This document shows, piece by piece, positions 1-14,026 of a stretch of DNA of 64,000 nucleotides. Origin of the DNA: Tubiluchus corallicola (taxonomy: Eukaryota; Animalia; Priapulida); the NCBI GenBank assembly GCA_030141605.1, contig JAQGDQ010000245.1:186001-250000 (forward strand), written 5' to 3'. The position numbers and the translations under genes are program-made. A model generated the notes under the pieces. That model worked only from the letters and a program-made list of their open reading frames with translations. It was not told the origin of the DNA and ran no database searches. Numbering within the stretch: the first letter of the stretch is position 1; every line of letters starts with the position of its first letter.

Positions 1-1186
1 ATTTAAAAAAGTGGAACTGTTTGTCGTTATTGTGACGTGGAAGTGTTTCATTTGAATTGTAGCAGGCTATGATCTGATAGTTAAAACTTGATTCGATTTT
101 GTTTCATAAAATAGCTATAATCACTTTCATTTTGTTGGAGTTGACTTGATTTGTTTTTTCCATTCTAACTTTTAAACCTCATTCTGCCTTGATTTAGTAA
201 CATAGGTCTGTTACTCTAAAGAGTGTATTTCTTTCAATAAGAAGCATTGATTTTGAATAATTTGCCGGGAATAATTTGGAACAATTTTTGAATACGTTTA
301 GGGTAAGGCTATGAAAATTTGTCGGCCTAAGAATTATTTTTAAGTATCCTGCATTTTTTGCATTTTACCTATTTCAAACTTTTTGAAAAAAAGAACAGTG
401 TAGGTATCTTATCGTTCAGATTTTACGTACAAAACAATCTGTTTTATTTTATTAATTTTTAATATTGTTGTGACCGCAACATAAGTTCTGCCATTAGTTA
501 CAATTAAGTAAATTACAACTATGATTTATAGGCCGAAATTTCCTGCGACGTATAAAAGAGTAAAAGATTAATAATGCCTGAGGTTTACAAAGGCTTTATC
601 AGGCTGAATATGCAGGGTTAAATATATCCAGTATCACATCGTAAAATATGATACATTTTAACCCCATTTGCAAAGCTGTTTTTCACAATGTTGCTGAACA
701 TGCAATACACTTATCGCATACATTAAAAGGCTAATGTGGAATTCATGCCCTGAATTTGCTTTATTTTCTAGAGAAATGAATTTCACAGCGATTCTTAGTT
801 TAGTGGCTTTTGAACACATATTGTGTTCGATATAAACATCTTAGCTCATCTACTTCAAATGGCATGTTATCCGATTGGCTCAGTTTAATTACATGGGTCA
901 AGAATTTTAATGTCAGTATTAAAAGTGAAGATTTGTCATGGAAATGAACCTAAATACATTAGACTACCATGAAACTTGAAACTGTATAGTTGCATGAAAT
1001 TATTAGATCCAGTGGAAATTGATGCATCTAATTACCCAAACACATGAATAAAAAGGTAAATTGAAATTTAGATCCCCTGAAAGTTATTGCTATACAACTT
1101 GTATAAACTATCGTGCAGCAACTACTGCTACATGAAATGTGTGAGTTTGTTTTGTTTAAGCATTTAAACTTCTGCTTTTATTACAG

Positions 1187-4100
1187 ACATACTAAAACAG
1201 CTTGCTGCTTTAAAAATTGGTCAGGTGCTTGATGTCACGGTTGCAGGTCTGCTGTCACATGGAGTCAAATGTTTTCTTGATGAGAACATTTCTGGTCTTG
1301 CTTCAATGATGCATGTTGAGGGTATCCAGACTTATTATTTTATGCTTGTACAGCATCTTTGATAAGCATGTAATGGTGGTGTCATATGAGCTAGCATTCG
1401 AGCTTTTTTTGTTTAGCTTTACATACAATGAGCTCAGTCAGATATTAAGCTTAATAAATTAATTTTTTTAAATAGCTGCATAGGAATTTAGTCATAACTT
1501 ATTTTCTAAAATTCATTGAAAGCCTTTACAGTGCATATATCAGTGATGATTCATACTTCTATACTAATAATACTACTTCTGTCCATTAATAGATTTAGTC
1601 GGTTAATTGTGTCAAAACGCTTCTGCCCCAAAGTGAGTCTGTTAAGTGATGCCTACTGTAATTAGATATTTTATCATTCTACAGACTGCAGACATACTTG
1701 ACGGTTGCAGTTTCAGGTTGGAGTCCTAGGGCTTGAACATTAGGATGTGAATACCGTAAAATGTTTATTTCTATTTATGTGCTTAGACAAATATCATTTT
1801 TGTCTGCTTCTCATTTTTATATGAATAGCAATTCACACAGCATCACTAGTAGCAGATTCACTGACAGTTGCTGGTGGAGTTCTTTTTGTCCGTCATGAAA
1901 ACATTAACATTTAAATTTGTTTCATTCTTTCAGAAGGAAGACATTACAAGGATGGTGATATTGTGGAGGCTGTTGTGTTGTATGTGGATTTGGCAAATAA
2001 GTGTGTGGAGTTATCGCTTGATCCGAACTTCGTCAAACTCATAAAGCGTTGCCAGAATCACGTGAATATAATTGATAAGGTATTTTGCACTACCATAGTC
2101 ATGTCGTTTATTAGTTTCTAATTTATAGGTTTATAAGTTTCAGAACTGGAACGCATTTTTTTAACTTTAGTGTTTATGAATATGACCATAGCACTATTTG
2201 CTGACATAAAGTATTTTTTGTTTTTTAAAGTATATTTATTATCATCTGGTTTGAAATTTTGTTCCGAAATGTTTGCTATTGTTCTTACACAAAAATGGTG
2301 ATATAATGATGTGGATGATGATGATGATCTGGTAGTAGTGGTAATAGCGGTGGTGGCGGCGGTGGTGACAATGGTCATTACAGTAATATTATCTGCAGTG
2401 CAATGGGATAATGATGACGATGATTATATACTGAAGATGGCGGTGTCACTGTCATAATAATGGCAATAATGATGGAATTATTGTAGATAGCAACGCCAGT
2501 GGCTGTAGTGTTTTTTTGAGGCAGCAGCGACATTGGTGGTGGTGGTGGTGCTTATGATCTTGATGATTACAGATTATAAATGTAATAAATACATTTTGTC
2601 TCTTCATGTTATTGGCAAAAGATTTGTACTGTTAGAAATTTATGAAGATAGATTTTGTGCAACTTTTAGGTAAAAGAGGATCAAATGTTATTAGGGGAGG
2701 TAAAACTTATAAAAGATCACTTTATTCTGGTAATGTTGAGAGGTCATCTTATGGGTCAGTTTGTGTTCGTGCCGTCACACAAGCATGTCAACGATTTCTC
2801 TGGAGAAGCTCAATATTACGTCGGTCACAGATGTAGACTGGTTGCGAAAAGGTACGAATCTTCATTTTCCGGCCTTCGTTTCTCACTTGAAATTACAACT
2901 TTTACTTTTATAAATTATTTTCTCCAGCATCCTGCAGTATTAATCAACTGTTAATTTGAGCTTCATTATTTAAATAAACAGATTATACCATAATTATTTG
3001 TTAAAACTTGGCTTGATACCAGAATGTTATAAAAAGTTAGTGTCAGGAAGAGCTTTTTTTAGTATAGTTTATCAAAATAACAATTTAATGTTACTTATTA
3101 TTTATTTCCTGTCTGTCATGCCAACATTATAAAGACTTTTGCTTCATGCTTTAACTAAGGTCAGACTTTGGAAACACATGGGCACTATTTTTTGCTGTAA
3201 ATTCATTCAATGTCTTTTGAAAGTCAGTAAGTTGTTCATTTTCTACTTTTATTTCTAGGTTCTCTATGTTTCACATTCTTTTCCATACTTTAGTCATACA
3301 TTATTACTAAATAATTTGTTCAGATGATCTAAGTTTTTCATATCTGCACCTGTTTTGCTTGTTTATTGTGCAGTTTATAGATAAAACATTTTTCTCAACT
3401 TGTGACAGGTTTGTGGGTGGACGATTACTTTGCATTTTTACTCATTCAGTGATGCAACATGACGTGGTTAAGCATCATAAAAATAATTTAACCTCAAGGA
3501 AACAAATTAAGGAAAAGCAACATAGGCCTCCTGATGCTTTGAAAATGGGAGAGACATATCAGGGAGAGTTAGTATTTTATTTTTGCTTTCACAATGATTT
3601 ATTTATTGTATTAAATGTAATATTTTTTGTAATATTTTTTCATCGTAAATTTTACTGGTACTTCTTTACATTCTTGATAGGGTATCCTGTAATTTTTTAC
3701 AAACTGCTGTTTTTAGCTTATACTATAAAAAGATTAACATATATATGAAATATTTGCATTTCTTGCATTTGTTATAATAATTTTTACTACAGAACTTGTT
3801 TTTCAGAATCACAGCTATGCATGAATTTCAAGCAAATGTGTCTGTTGGAAATCATGAGGGTCGTTTGTTTATAACTGAGATCACTGATGATATTGTGAGT
3901 GGCGAATCGCCACTTACGTCCTTAGCTGTTGGCTCCAAAGTCACTGTAAAGGTGATAGGATCCCGAGAACGCAAAACGCATGTTCGCAAGTATGTTCGTG
4001 TTCATTTTCACCGTGTAATCAGCGTATTTCTTTTTTGCTGTTTTAGTAATTTACTTTTAAAACTTTTCTGGGACTCAAATCATACTATGACTTGCACAAA

Positions 4101-7100
4101 TTCGTAAACAACACTGCAACACTTCTAATATGAAAGTTGCTTGATAGCGACAATTATGCTTTATACATACTACATAATTTATACATATACATACTTTATA
4201 ATACTGCTGAAATTCTCTAGCAGGTAATGTGAGTAACATGACGTTATTTGAGACTCATTTAAAACTCATTTATTCCGCATATATTGTGGCTAAATTGTGC
4301 ATACATTTTTGTGCATGTTGATGCCCTTTTAAATTAGTTTTGAAGTGCAACCATTTTTAGAATGGCTTTTAGAATTTAGACTCTTTATAGACATATTGTG
4401 TATTTGATTTCATATCATTTATATTGTTATTTTGTATTGTTATTTTTGACTGTATGTAAAGTATTTTTAGACAGTGCACTTTAAAAATAAATGTCGTAGT
4501 CGTTATTGCTGTTGTTGTTACTGTTGCTGTTATTATTATTATTATTATTATTATTACGATGATGATGATGATGGTTAGTAACGACAAGAAAACAATGTAT
4601 TTATGCCTTTACAAACTGGAATATTTTTTGTATCACCTGTCAGTCTGCAGTGACATTACTTCATATTTTTGTAGGGGTTTTGAAATTACGCAACCGTGTA
4701 TAGTGCGTACGTTTTACGATTTCACTATGCTACCGACTAAGCTATCAGATGATTTCCTAGATGAGGAAGAGTATGTGCCAGGTCAAGTTTTGAATGCATT
4801 TGTAGATTGTGTATGTATATAGCATTTATTATTAGTAATAATAGGTGTTTTTACACACATTTTTCAAGTACTTCTCTGTTTTAGTAACTTTATTTTCATC
4901 ATTTTTTGTAGTATTTGAACTGCTTTAATTTCCCTGCCTCTACTTTTTTTATCATTTTGTCAGCAGTTTAAAAATGCATTCCCAGACACAGCATTAGTTT
5001 TCAGTTGATCATACTATGTTCATGCTACAGATTTAAATGCCACATGTTTGCAAGAGAAGTATCGTTAGCATGCATATTGATTAAAAATTTCCTAGTGTAT
5101 CTCAAAAAGGCTGTCAGTCGAATGCAGTTCTTGTATTGTACAACATCGCGCCCACTGCTTACCTAATAGGAAGCCATACAATTTGTATTACATTGTACTA
5201 TTTTAGTGGCACCAATTTTGCTCAAGTCTGACAGTCTTTCTGTTTAACTGTCTGTGGTCTGTGGCATTTATCTACAATAAACTATTCTTTTCAGCCTGAC
5301 ATATCTTAATGCTTATCAAACACAAGGTTTCACTCTGTTGTTGATATTTATAGTTTAGCAAGTCCTGTCTATGGATGCATGTTTCTTCATCAACAAAAGC
5401 CAAAGTGTTTTTGCTCAATATATCCACTGAGTTGACAGTATTACGTGCTCCAGAGAAACACTTTCAGCCAGGTCATGCCTATAAGGCACATGTCGTTGGC
5501 GAAACCAAGGGAAAACTTGAATTGTCTTTAACAGGTATGTTACCTTTTCTTTCATGAAGTACCAGTCGGCACATTGAATTGATAGCTTGTTGTTTGCATG
5601 TTAATTTTAAAATGTTCAAAGTGATCGAATTTGAGCATTCGAGAGTTGTACATTTGAACTGGTGAATGAGACAACTTAGTTTGATGCATGGAATGATAAA
5701 TAATATCATAAAAACTTAGAAGTATAGGAAAATTATATGATGCTGCACTATTGAAGCTTGAAGCTGATACATTGCTGATGTACCTTCAAATTAGATTTGG
5801 GTTTTTAGAGTATTTTAGAAGGTGTTATATTTCTTTTAACAAATGTGTAATACTAACAAACACGCTGATGCGCTGTTTCTTTAAAATTGATTTTATATAT
5901 TCTTTATCAGTTCAGTTTTATATATATATTATGATCTTGTCCTGCAAATTAGCAATGTTTCTTGCAGGTAGATTTTAGCAAGAAGGAAAGCAAAACTGGT
6001 AAGTACTAATAGTGCCATGTCAAAAATAAACACTGACAACCTGTTGTTGTAGAGATAAATAGTTTGATTGCATTATTCAGATCAGGTTTCCCAGCTTTAT
6101 TTTAGTTGCATTATTGACCATCGGGCTCCCCAGCCATTGTTTGATTGCGTTATTGATATCAGGTTTCCCAGCTGTTGTTACGGTTGCATTATTGAATCTA
6201 AGGTTCCTCAGAAACAAATCATTTCCAGAGATAAACAATGTATTATCCAACCGATGATGATGGAGCAAGTTATACTCTAAAGCATTGGTTAGTGCACTCT
6301 TTATTTCTTAACTGTGTGTTATCAGTGTTTACTTTTGCCGTGACACTACTGGTACTTACCGGGTTTCTTGCAGGTGTATTAATTTTGCTGTTGTTAAATC
6401 ACATACCAAATAAAAACCATATTTGTGTTGCTTCCATAGGCATGTTTAAAATTCAGCCAGGAATTGTGCTTAGTGCTTTCATTTCACAAGTTATTCCTTG
6501 TGGGGTCAGAGTTTGGCTGCCATTTGGATGTCACGGTTTCGCTTCTTTGCCTGACATATGTGACGAGTACAAAGACAACATTACTGAGCGATATAAAGAA
6601 GGACAACTTGTCAAATGTTACGCTATTGAATATACGGAGAAGAAAAAAAACAAAGTTCCGGTTTCCTTCCGTGAATCCAGGTAAAGTACTTACGCTATAG
6701 TTTCTCATCTTAGAGTTAAGTGAATTAATTCATTACAATTCCATTCAATTCAGTTCATTTCAGTAAATTTTATTTGTCTGTTTGCCTTCGCATAAAAAGT
6801 ATATTACATAATCAAGGATTAACAAATGAATGTGGAGTTATGGGATGGCGAAAGACCACAGGTCAAATAAGTAGCCACCTCTATCACTATGAAAATTTAT
6901 TTTGAAATACTAATTTAATATTGAAATGCTCAAGTTTAGTAGGTTAGCATACATAGCAACAAATTAGTGCAAGCTTATATGGTTTATTCGTTGCTACAAC
7001 AGCTGACAAGCGCAGTACTTATCCATTGTTGACTGAAATGGTATTAACACCATATCAATCACATTTATAGAATAAATTTCATAACTAGGCATAAATATCT

Positions 7101-10100
7101 TGTACCTTTGTTGCTTTTGTGCATTAATCCAGACTGCTTGTAGTACCTAATATGTGCATAAAATGAAAATATTATGTGGAAAAAATGTCAAGAGCTTTCT
7201 AGTCACCTTTAGAGGAGTATGCTGCCCCTCCGTTTGTGTCTCACATTGTAAAGGAACAAACATATAAGATCTTACCTGCTGGAGCACCGTGTGGAGGGTC
7301 CTGTTAAGCTTGGTAACTGCTACTAACTGCTTTCCATGGTGACATCTCTTTGTGTAATTGAGCTGTTTCCATTTGCTTTAAATTTCACTTTACAGTTACT
7401 TATTTGTTTTTTGTTTACTTCTACCTGTAGTTTTGTCTTGTTTTCCTTTCTAGCTGCTGCCAGAAGTAGCTGCTGTTTTCTTAACTGGTCTGGCCAAATG
7501 ATAAAGCCTTTTAAAGAATTATTTGCATGTAGGCAGATTGTGCTCAAATATTTAATAACTTGCTTAGAATGAATAAAAAATGGTTTTCCTTTTGTAGAAT
7601 TGGCACACCGAATGTATCTTTTTATGTTAAGATAATTTTCATTTAAATACTCATTTATTTAATTTTTTTCTTTTTTTGTTATGCTTGATGACTGGGTTGC
7701 ATTATCTGTAAGCCAGTCATTAAGCCAGACTTTTATTCTTGAAAATTTGTTCTTAACAGAATCTCTAGACAGGTTTATCCCAGCAGTATGTGCTCAGTAT
7801 TTCTTCTTTTTTTATACAGAGTCGATCAGAGGTTTTCTTGGAATGTTCATGATCCTGAAATTGATTCTGTGTCTTTATTGACAATAGGAGATATTGTTAG
7901 AGGTTACGTCAAAGCTGTTGGTAATGCAGGTGCTACTATAATGTAAGTTTTACTGGTTTTCAGTCAATACGATGTCAGTCTGATGGCTTTTCTTATCTCT
8001 TTAAGTTACACACTTGTATTATTCAAGTATGTAGTTTCTCCAGAATATGTTAACATTTTTCATTCAGTCACGTTTCAGTGGTTCATTACTTTTGATTTAT
8101 AGTTTGTCCAGGAAACTTGAAGGCAAAGCAGAGCGAGAACATATCACGAAGGAAGCTGATGTCAAATTACCAGAAGTGCTTCCTGTTGGGCATGTTGTGA
8201 CAGCCAAGATTATAGGGTATCGTATCATTTTGTAAAGGGTCGTGTAATGGGGCTTGATCTCTGTCGGGTTTTAAACCGCTTTTGTGTATGTATGTTTGTA
8301 TTTAACAATGCCAAAAACGCGCTTGCCTAAAATGTTTCCATTTACAATACTAACTAGATAGTCACATATACACATCATATGAGTGACTGACTCTGTGTGG
8401 TTAAGACACATCTGCTGATTTTGCGTCTTAGAAGATAATCTTTGACAACTAGCAAGATTCAAGCCTTGCCTCAATCTTCAGTGGTAATGGTCTGCCATTG
8501 ACTATGCTGTGTGCAGTGTGCTAAGCTCTTTTAAAAAAGTAGTGCCTTCTCATTTTTCTGCTACCTAAGACAAGGGTGGCTTTGTGCTGGTAAAGCTTGT
8601 ATTTTAGTCACACCACATAAAATATAAGTGAGCCAATGCCATGGAGTATTCAGTGCATGACCTATATCTTTCATCTGCACTGTTAGTAGCATTGCCTTTG
8701 TTAGGGTTTGCATCTGCCAACATTTAGTTTTAAGTAACGTGCCCTGTTCAACATATTCATCAAGATCTATACAAGACATCATAATAACTTATTTTGCACG
8801 TGTTGAACAGGGAACAGCATGCAGGCTAACAAAGGAAAGTGTGGTACTAAATGAGGCAATACCACCTTTACAACCAGTAAATTAGAACAAAAAGTCGCAT
8901 GTGGTGGCACAATTAATGGTAAAAGCCAATCTGATAATGGCTTGTTATCATAGACGAATTTACTCTATGACAGCAGGACTAACTGAAGTGATTTAGCTAA
9001 GTTTATCAGCTTTTCAGCCTGTAGTTTTGCTCTAACTTTGGAGTCTGGTCAAGTCACATTCCTGTTTTTTAGGCTTGGTCACAAAGTGAATTTGTCGCTG
9101 CTACCGGAAGACACTGGAAAATTTGAATGGAACTTACAAGCGCGTAACATCAGTAGGAAGATGAGTGAAAATATGTCAAGACCAAGAAAACGAAAAAACA
9201 GCTCATCTGCTTTTGGCACAGAATTGACTGCGCAAAACCATAAAAAGAGGAAGTCGATCAGCGAAAAGAAGATACAGAAATTAGAAGAGAAAGAAAGTTG
9301 TATAGAAGATAAAATAGAAGTTGTTGTTGTGGACCATGAAGTATGTTTTTCATTGACTACTTTATTTTACAGTTTATCGTTTTGTCTTTCTATATATTAT
9401 ATTACTGATTTAGTAAAAAAAATTCTGAGAAGGTTAACGTTTTGAATTAATGAAATCATTTGATTCGGTCATATCTGGCTTCACAGGTTTTACAAAAATT
9501 ACGCAACTGTCAAGTGTATTTCTTCTTTCTTTTTAGTAATGTGTAGAGATTTTAAAATAAACTGCAGTTTCTGAAGCCACCTTACGGGTATTGGAAGCAG
9601 GAACTTGAATATGAAAATGATTAACAGAAATATTTATTGTGCTTGTAATATTTAGTTTGGGACTTTTAAACAATTTGTAACAGTTTACTATGAACAAAGA
9701 AAAAATAACTGAATGAATAAACTAAACTAAACAAAGTTAAGATAAGCTCATTAAACTTTTTGCAGATGAAACATTCTGATGACCTTCCACGGTTACCTGT
9801 TAGTGAAGGGTTTTGGAACATAACTATGCCATGTACACCTCAAGTGAGTCGAGAACAATCTAACTTTATTGATCTTTGGTAATATTGATTTACTTCAATC
9901 AAGTTTTTCCTAGCGATGGATATTTAAGTAGTTTCTACAACTCTGTGTGAAGTTAATTAAAGTAAATTTTACATATAAAAGTATTTTCCTTCTCCCACTT
10001 TTATGTAGATTAATCTTTGGCATAATTTTCTTTCTCACATTTTTATATAGTGATAATCTTTGAGATAATTTAACAAAAAAATTGTGAAAAATATTCAGAG

Positions 10101-12399
10101 AATTTTCTTTGTACCAGGTCAGCTTTTAACCAGACTATATGAAAAATTTTCTGCATTAAATTTCCATTGTTTTTCTGCTAAAAACTGTTTAAAATCATTT
10201 TAATTGGTCAAATTGTGAAATATCATAACTATTCGAGTGCAGAAATGTATTCCATCATTAAATATTGAACACTGAATATTTAAAAAATGAACAATAAAAT
10301 TGTCAATCACCGGACTTGTTCCTGGTCGTTGTTGTTATTTGCAGTTTATTAGTATAAAAACCTTGCTCTGGTTTGTGTACATTCAGGTGTATAAACTTGG
10401 ATTAATGTTGCTTTGATCTCATTGGCCTGAATAATAATGCTGTCAATGAAAAGTGTATAATTTTTTTGTGATTTTGTGAAGTTTTCTTGTTTAAGATTAG
10501 TAATTTTATAAATAGTTTATGTATGATTTCATTGTATGATATTGAGTATGGTTTTTAGAAACATCCGATGGTTAAACAGATTAAAGCTATAGCGGGAACT
10601 GGAGTTGAAGATAATGATAGCAGCAGTGTACAGAAATTTGAAGAATCTGTCTCAGCTTTACCTAATAAAGCATCTGTTTGGATACGCTACATGAACTTCT
10701 ACATCAAAACAGCTGATGTAGACGGTGCACGGCATATTGGGGACAGGGCACTGGAGACAATATCATTCAGGTCTGATGTTTCTATAAATCATCTATAATC
10801 TTAGTGGCTAAATAATTTTAAAACTTAACTTGCCTGTAAAGGAGAAGCTGCGAAAATGTAAGGACTGAGCCTGTATTTGAAGCACAGGGATTTGTGTTAC
10901 AAGTCTGATACCATGATCACAAGACCAAACGGCTGTTTGTCATTTCTCATAGAGATGAGCTCTTTGTAGATCTGTATATACCCTTTTCTCACTATTGTCT
11001 GTTTACATGCACCCTTCTCTCGCGATTGTTTCCTACATGTACCCTTCTTCCATTTCTGTTTGACTACACATACCCTTCTATTATTGTATGTACATGTACC
11101 CTTCTTCCATTTCTGTTTGACTACACATACCCTTCTATTATTGTATGTACATGTGCCCTTCTCTCACTTTGAGTGTCTATATGTTACTCACTGTTATTCA
11201 CTTTTCTCACTGTTATTTGTCTCATTCGAGCCACTTCCCACTCTAAAGTAAGGCCAGCCTTTAGGTTTCACAGTCTGGGTTTATACTAATACTAGTTTAG
11301 ATTCGGCTTTATGACAGCCTACTGAATTAGCAAGAATTAATGTTTAACTGTGACTTTGCTGTAAATTGCATAAATATACACAAAAAAATACAAATATACT
11401 TCAATATTAACAACAGGGAGGAGCATGAGAAACTTGACGTCTGGACAGCGTTGTTTAAACTGGAGAGCCTTCATGGTACAGCAGAAACTTTGAATACCAC
11501 GGTACAGAGAGCGCTGCAAACAAATGACCCGCTTAAGGTTCACCAAAAGTTAGTCAATGTTTATACACAATGTGGAAAAAATGAGGTGCTTATTATTTCT
11601 TTCAAGTTTATTTCTTGTGTCTTTTTGTGTCGCTTTTCTTTTATCTTTAGTAAATTTGTGCTTTATTTTTTAAACTGTAGTTTTTTAGTAACTTCTACTG
11701 GAAATCTTTTTGAGAAATAGTAAATTCGTAACTCAGTTTCCGATTATCTGTAACAATCATGTACCTACCAGCATTTAAGTTTCTTGTTAATTCAAGAGTA
11801 GATTTTTATGTTTCGTTAAATTTCTATTCTAGGTATTTCTATTGTAATAGCAACTAATTGTTCAGTTACCAGCCTTATATCATTTGTATCAGACAATAAT
11901 ATAGATTTGCTAAGGAGTTTTATTAAATCATATTTTTGTTGCATGTTACACTGTATGACAGTTTCATGTACATGGGTGTGTGCTTGCATAGCAAAATCGC
12001 ACATAAGTTGGCAATTAAGTTTTTCTAGTTATTTACCCATCCTGATTCTCCATTTCATAAGGATCATTTTGATACCAAGTTCGTTGCTCTCTGCTATTTC
12101 TAAGCGGAGATAATCCACGTTGAAGTTGAGGTGCAGGCTATGCAGTGGAAAACACAACATTGAGAAAATCTCTGTTAAAGTTAACCATTATTTTTTGCCA
12201 CTTTTCTATAAAAACACTTAGCAACCGCACAAATATTGGTTGCTATGGACTATGCAAGAATACATTGGAGTCTTGTTTAAATCTAATAGATGGCTCTTCC
12301 TGACAAAAATAACCCGAAGCAAAATGACTGCTTTCACGAGCTACAATCGGAATCTGATAATACAAGTTTTTTACAATTGCATTACTAGTTTCTAGTATG

Positions 12400-12435
<36 letters not shown>

Positions 12436-14026
12436 TATATGCTCTATAGCGCATGTCTTGTTGGTACAATAGAACTGAATAGGCACAGTGTGAATTGCAC
12501 TACAATTTGTTTCGGCCAATAGGTATCGTCCTACTCATTTTTTTGTATTTTTTAGCAAGCAGAAGCTTTATACAACACAATGTGTCGACGATACAGTCGC
12601 AATAAACTGGTGTGGATAAATTACATGACGTTCTGCATGAATGCTGGGCAGGCAGCAGTGGCCCGAAAGCTGTTGCAGAAGTCACTGCAGTGTCTTGACA
12701 AACAAGATCGTAAGTTAGTTTATTTGGACCTTTCACCTCACTACAGATTTTTGTGCTACCATATTTTGGGTAATGAATTTAGCTACATATCTTGTCAGTC
12801 AAACTATACTTGACTTTGAGAAAGTACAGACTTCTTTCAGTTCTTTGTGCAGTATAAAGTGACGGGAATCAGGTAAACTGGCTGTATGCAGACCATTTGC
12901 ATTTTTTTCTGCTGTAGTAACAAATCACTAGTATCATCATCAAATTACTGGGAATCACAAGTCAGCTTTTATTGTTTAATTTTTAACTGAATCGTTCCAA
13001 ATGATTAAAAAATCAAAACAGAGCTTAGCTTATAACCCATAAGTTCCATGAGTAAATTTTACTCAGGAATGATTTTTTTTATTATTGCCACTGTTTATTT
13101 TTTTTTATAGATGTTGAAGTGACGGCAAAGTTTGCTGAACTGGAATTTAAGTTTGGTGAACCAGAGAGAGGAAAAATGATGTTTGAAAGCATCCTATCCA
13201 CGTATGCCAAACGGACTGACCTGTGGTCAGTTTACATAGACATGATGGTCAAACTCGAAGAATACAGTAATGTCAGGTGAATTAGGACTTTTACTCGTTT
13301 TCTAGAATTGGAGAGAATTATTTTATAGGCATTTTCATGGTTACTGAATATCACATTCATTGGTCTGCACTTTATTCACTTTCTATGTGTGCTTTTCTAT
13401 AAGTAAATTTTTTGTCCTTATAAACACACACTTCATGTAATTACAAAATGCAATAGTATTTATTATTTAGTTTCAACATCTTTCTAGAGTTTTTTACAGT
13501 TGCCAAACTGATTTTTTGCATTTCTTGATATTTTTTTTTATAGTATTTAAACACACTGTTAGTTGGGATCCAGCTTTCAATGGTAGTGTGCATAGTTGTG
13601 GCCAGGAACCTGTAACTGTTAAAAACAAGCCTCTAAAATTGGTAGTGAACCAGCAGAGTGTCTTACCCACGATCTAGATGTACATTAATTTTCGTTTGAT
13701 GAATTAAATGACTGAGGGCTGTATTGAGTGTTCTCAGTGAACACCGATCCACATATTAGTTAGTTGCAGTGACCAACTGTGTTATATAATTCACTGTACC
13801 GCCAAAGTACAACTGCTCTATAAGAACGTGGCACCAGCATATTTTGCTTTACAGACAAATTTTTGAGAGAGTTATCCACATCAACTGGGCCCCACGCAAG
13901 ATGAAGTTCTTCTTTAAGAAGTTCCTAGATTTCGAAGAAAAGCACGGATCACCAGAGACAGTGGATCATGTGAAGCGTCTTGCAATGGAATATGTTGAAC
14001 AACATGGAGAAACGAATATGGATTAA
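1187..14026 (+). CDS. PDCD11: Protein RRP5 homolog / programmed cell death 11 (S1 repeats plus C-terminal HAT/TPR repeats); 5'-partial, 17 coding exons in window
   Basis: Exons (all AG/GT, phases consistent, total 2819 nt = 2 nt + 939 codons): 1187-1321, 1934-2079, 2670-2851, 3409-3567, 3807-3989, 4675-4810, 5354-5534, 6440-6680, 7820-7942, 8103-8216, 9073-9340, 9766-9843, 10559-10770, 11417-11585, 12556-12709, 13111-13276, 13855-14026 (TAA). S1-like segments include [11 protein letters not shown] and [18 protein letters not shown]5 HAT motifs include [84 protein letters not shown] and [32 protein letters not shown]. Confidence 0.95.
6069..6211. repeat. ~39-bp minisatellite, ~3.7 copies
   Basis: Units starting TGCATTATT / TGCGTTATT at 6069, 6107, 6146 and 6185, each containing a TCAGGTTTCCCAGC-like core. 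Confidence 0.85.
6735..6900 (-). mobile_element. LINE 3'-tail fragment
   Basis: Minus strand reads GGTGGCTAC..GGTCTTTCGCCATCC stem-loop, then AATAAA and an (ACTGA/ATTGA)n tail. Same architecture as the tail at 56690-56862. Confidence 0.45.
8540..8862. mobile_element. Degenerate palindromic MITE
   Basis: Nested inverted arms CCTTTGTTAG..TGCAT / ATGCA..CTAACAAAGG and CCCTGTTCAACA / TGTTGAACAGGG. Confidence 0.5.
10975..11170. repeat. Minisatellite: ~28-29-bp subunits forming an exact 57-bp higher-order duplication
   Basis: TACATGTACCCTTCTTCCATTTCTGTTTGACTACACATACCCTTCTATTATTGTATG at 11034 and 11091, with degenerate ACCCTTCT subunits on both sides. Confidence 0.9.
11978..12395. mobile_element. 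Same TIR element family (copy 1, right end missing) in a PDCD11 intron
   Basis: Colinear with 19682-20110 (e.g. TTTCTAAGCGGAGATAATCCACGTTGAAGTTGAGGTGCA, AACCCGAAGCAAAATGACTGCTT). Ends at a (TA)n run 12397-12440. Confidence 0.8.

Noticed and set aside
1543-1870. Box C/D snoRNA in a PDCD11 intron (GTGATGA at ~1543)
   Set aside because: No CTGA D box at a suitable distance, and no terminal stem or rRNA-antisense element recognised.
1322-1933. Possible U12-type intron (donor GTATCC; also GTATCG at 8217)
   Set aside because: The donors lack the full RTATCCTT consensus and there is no clear TCCTTAAC branch site.
2118-2570. Low-complexity ORFs (poly-T/I/L/ER) at 2118-2378, 4369-4587, 35489-35929, 44145-44333 and 50787-50972
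   Set aside because: They are translations of degenerate tri- and dinucleotide repeats in introns or intergenic DNA, with no splice or homology support.
6069-6211. Regularly spaced repeats as a CRISPR-like array (also 10975-11170)
   Set aside because: Whole units are similar with no unique spacers, there are no cas genes, and the context is a eukaryotic intron. These are ordinary minisatellites.
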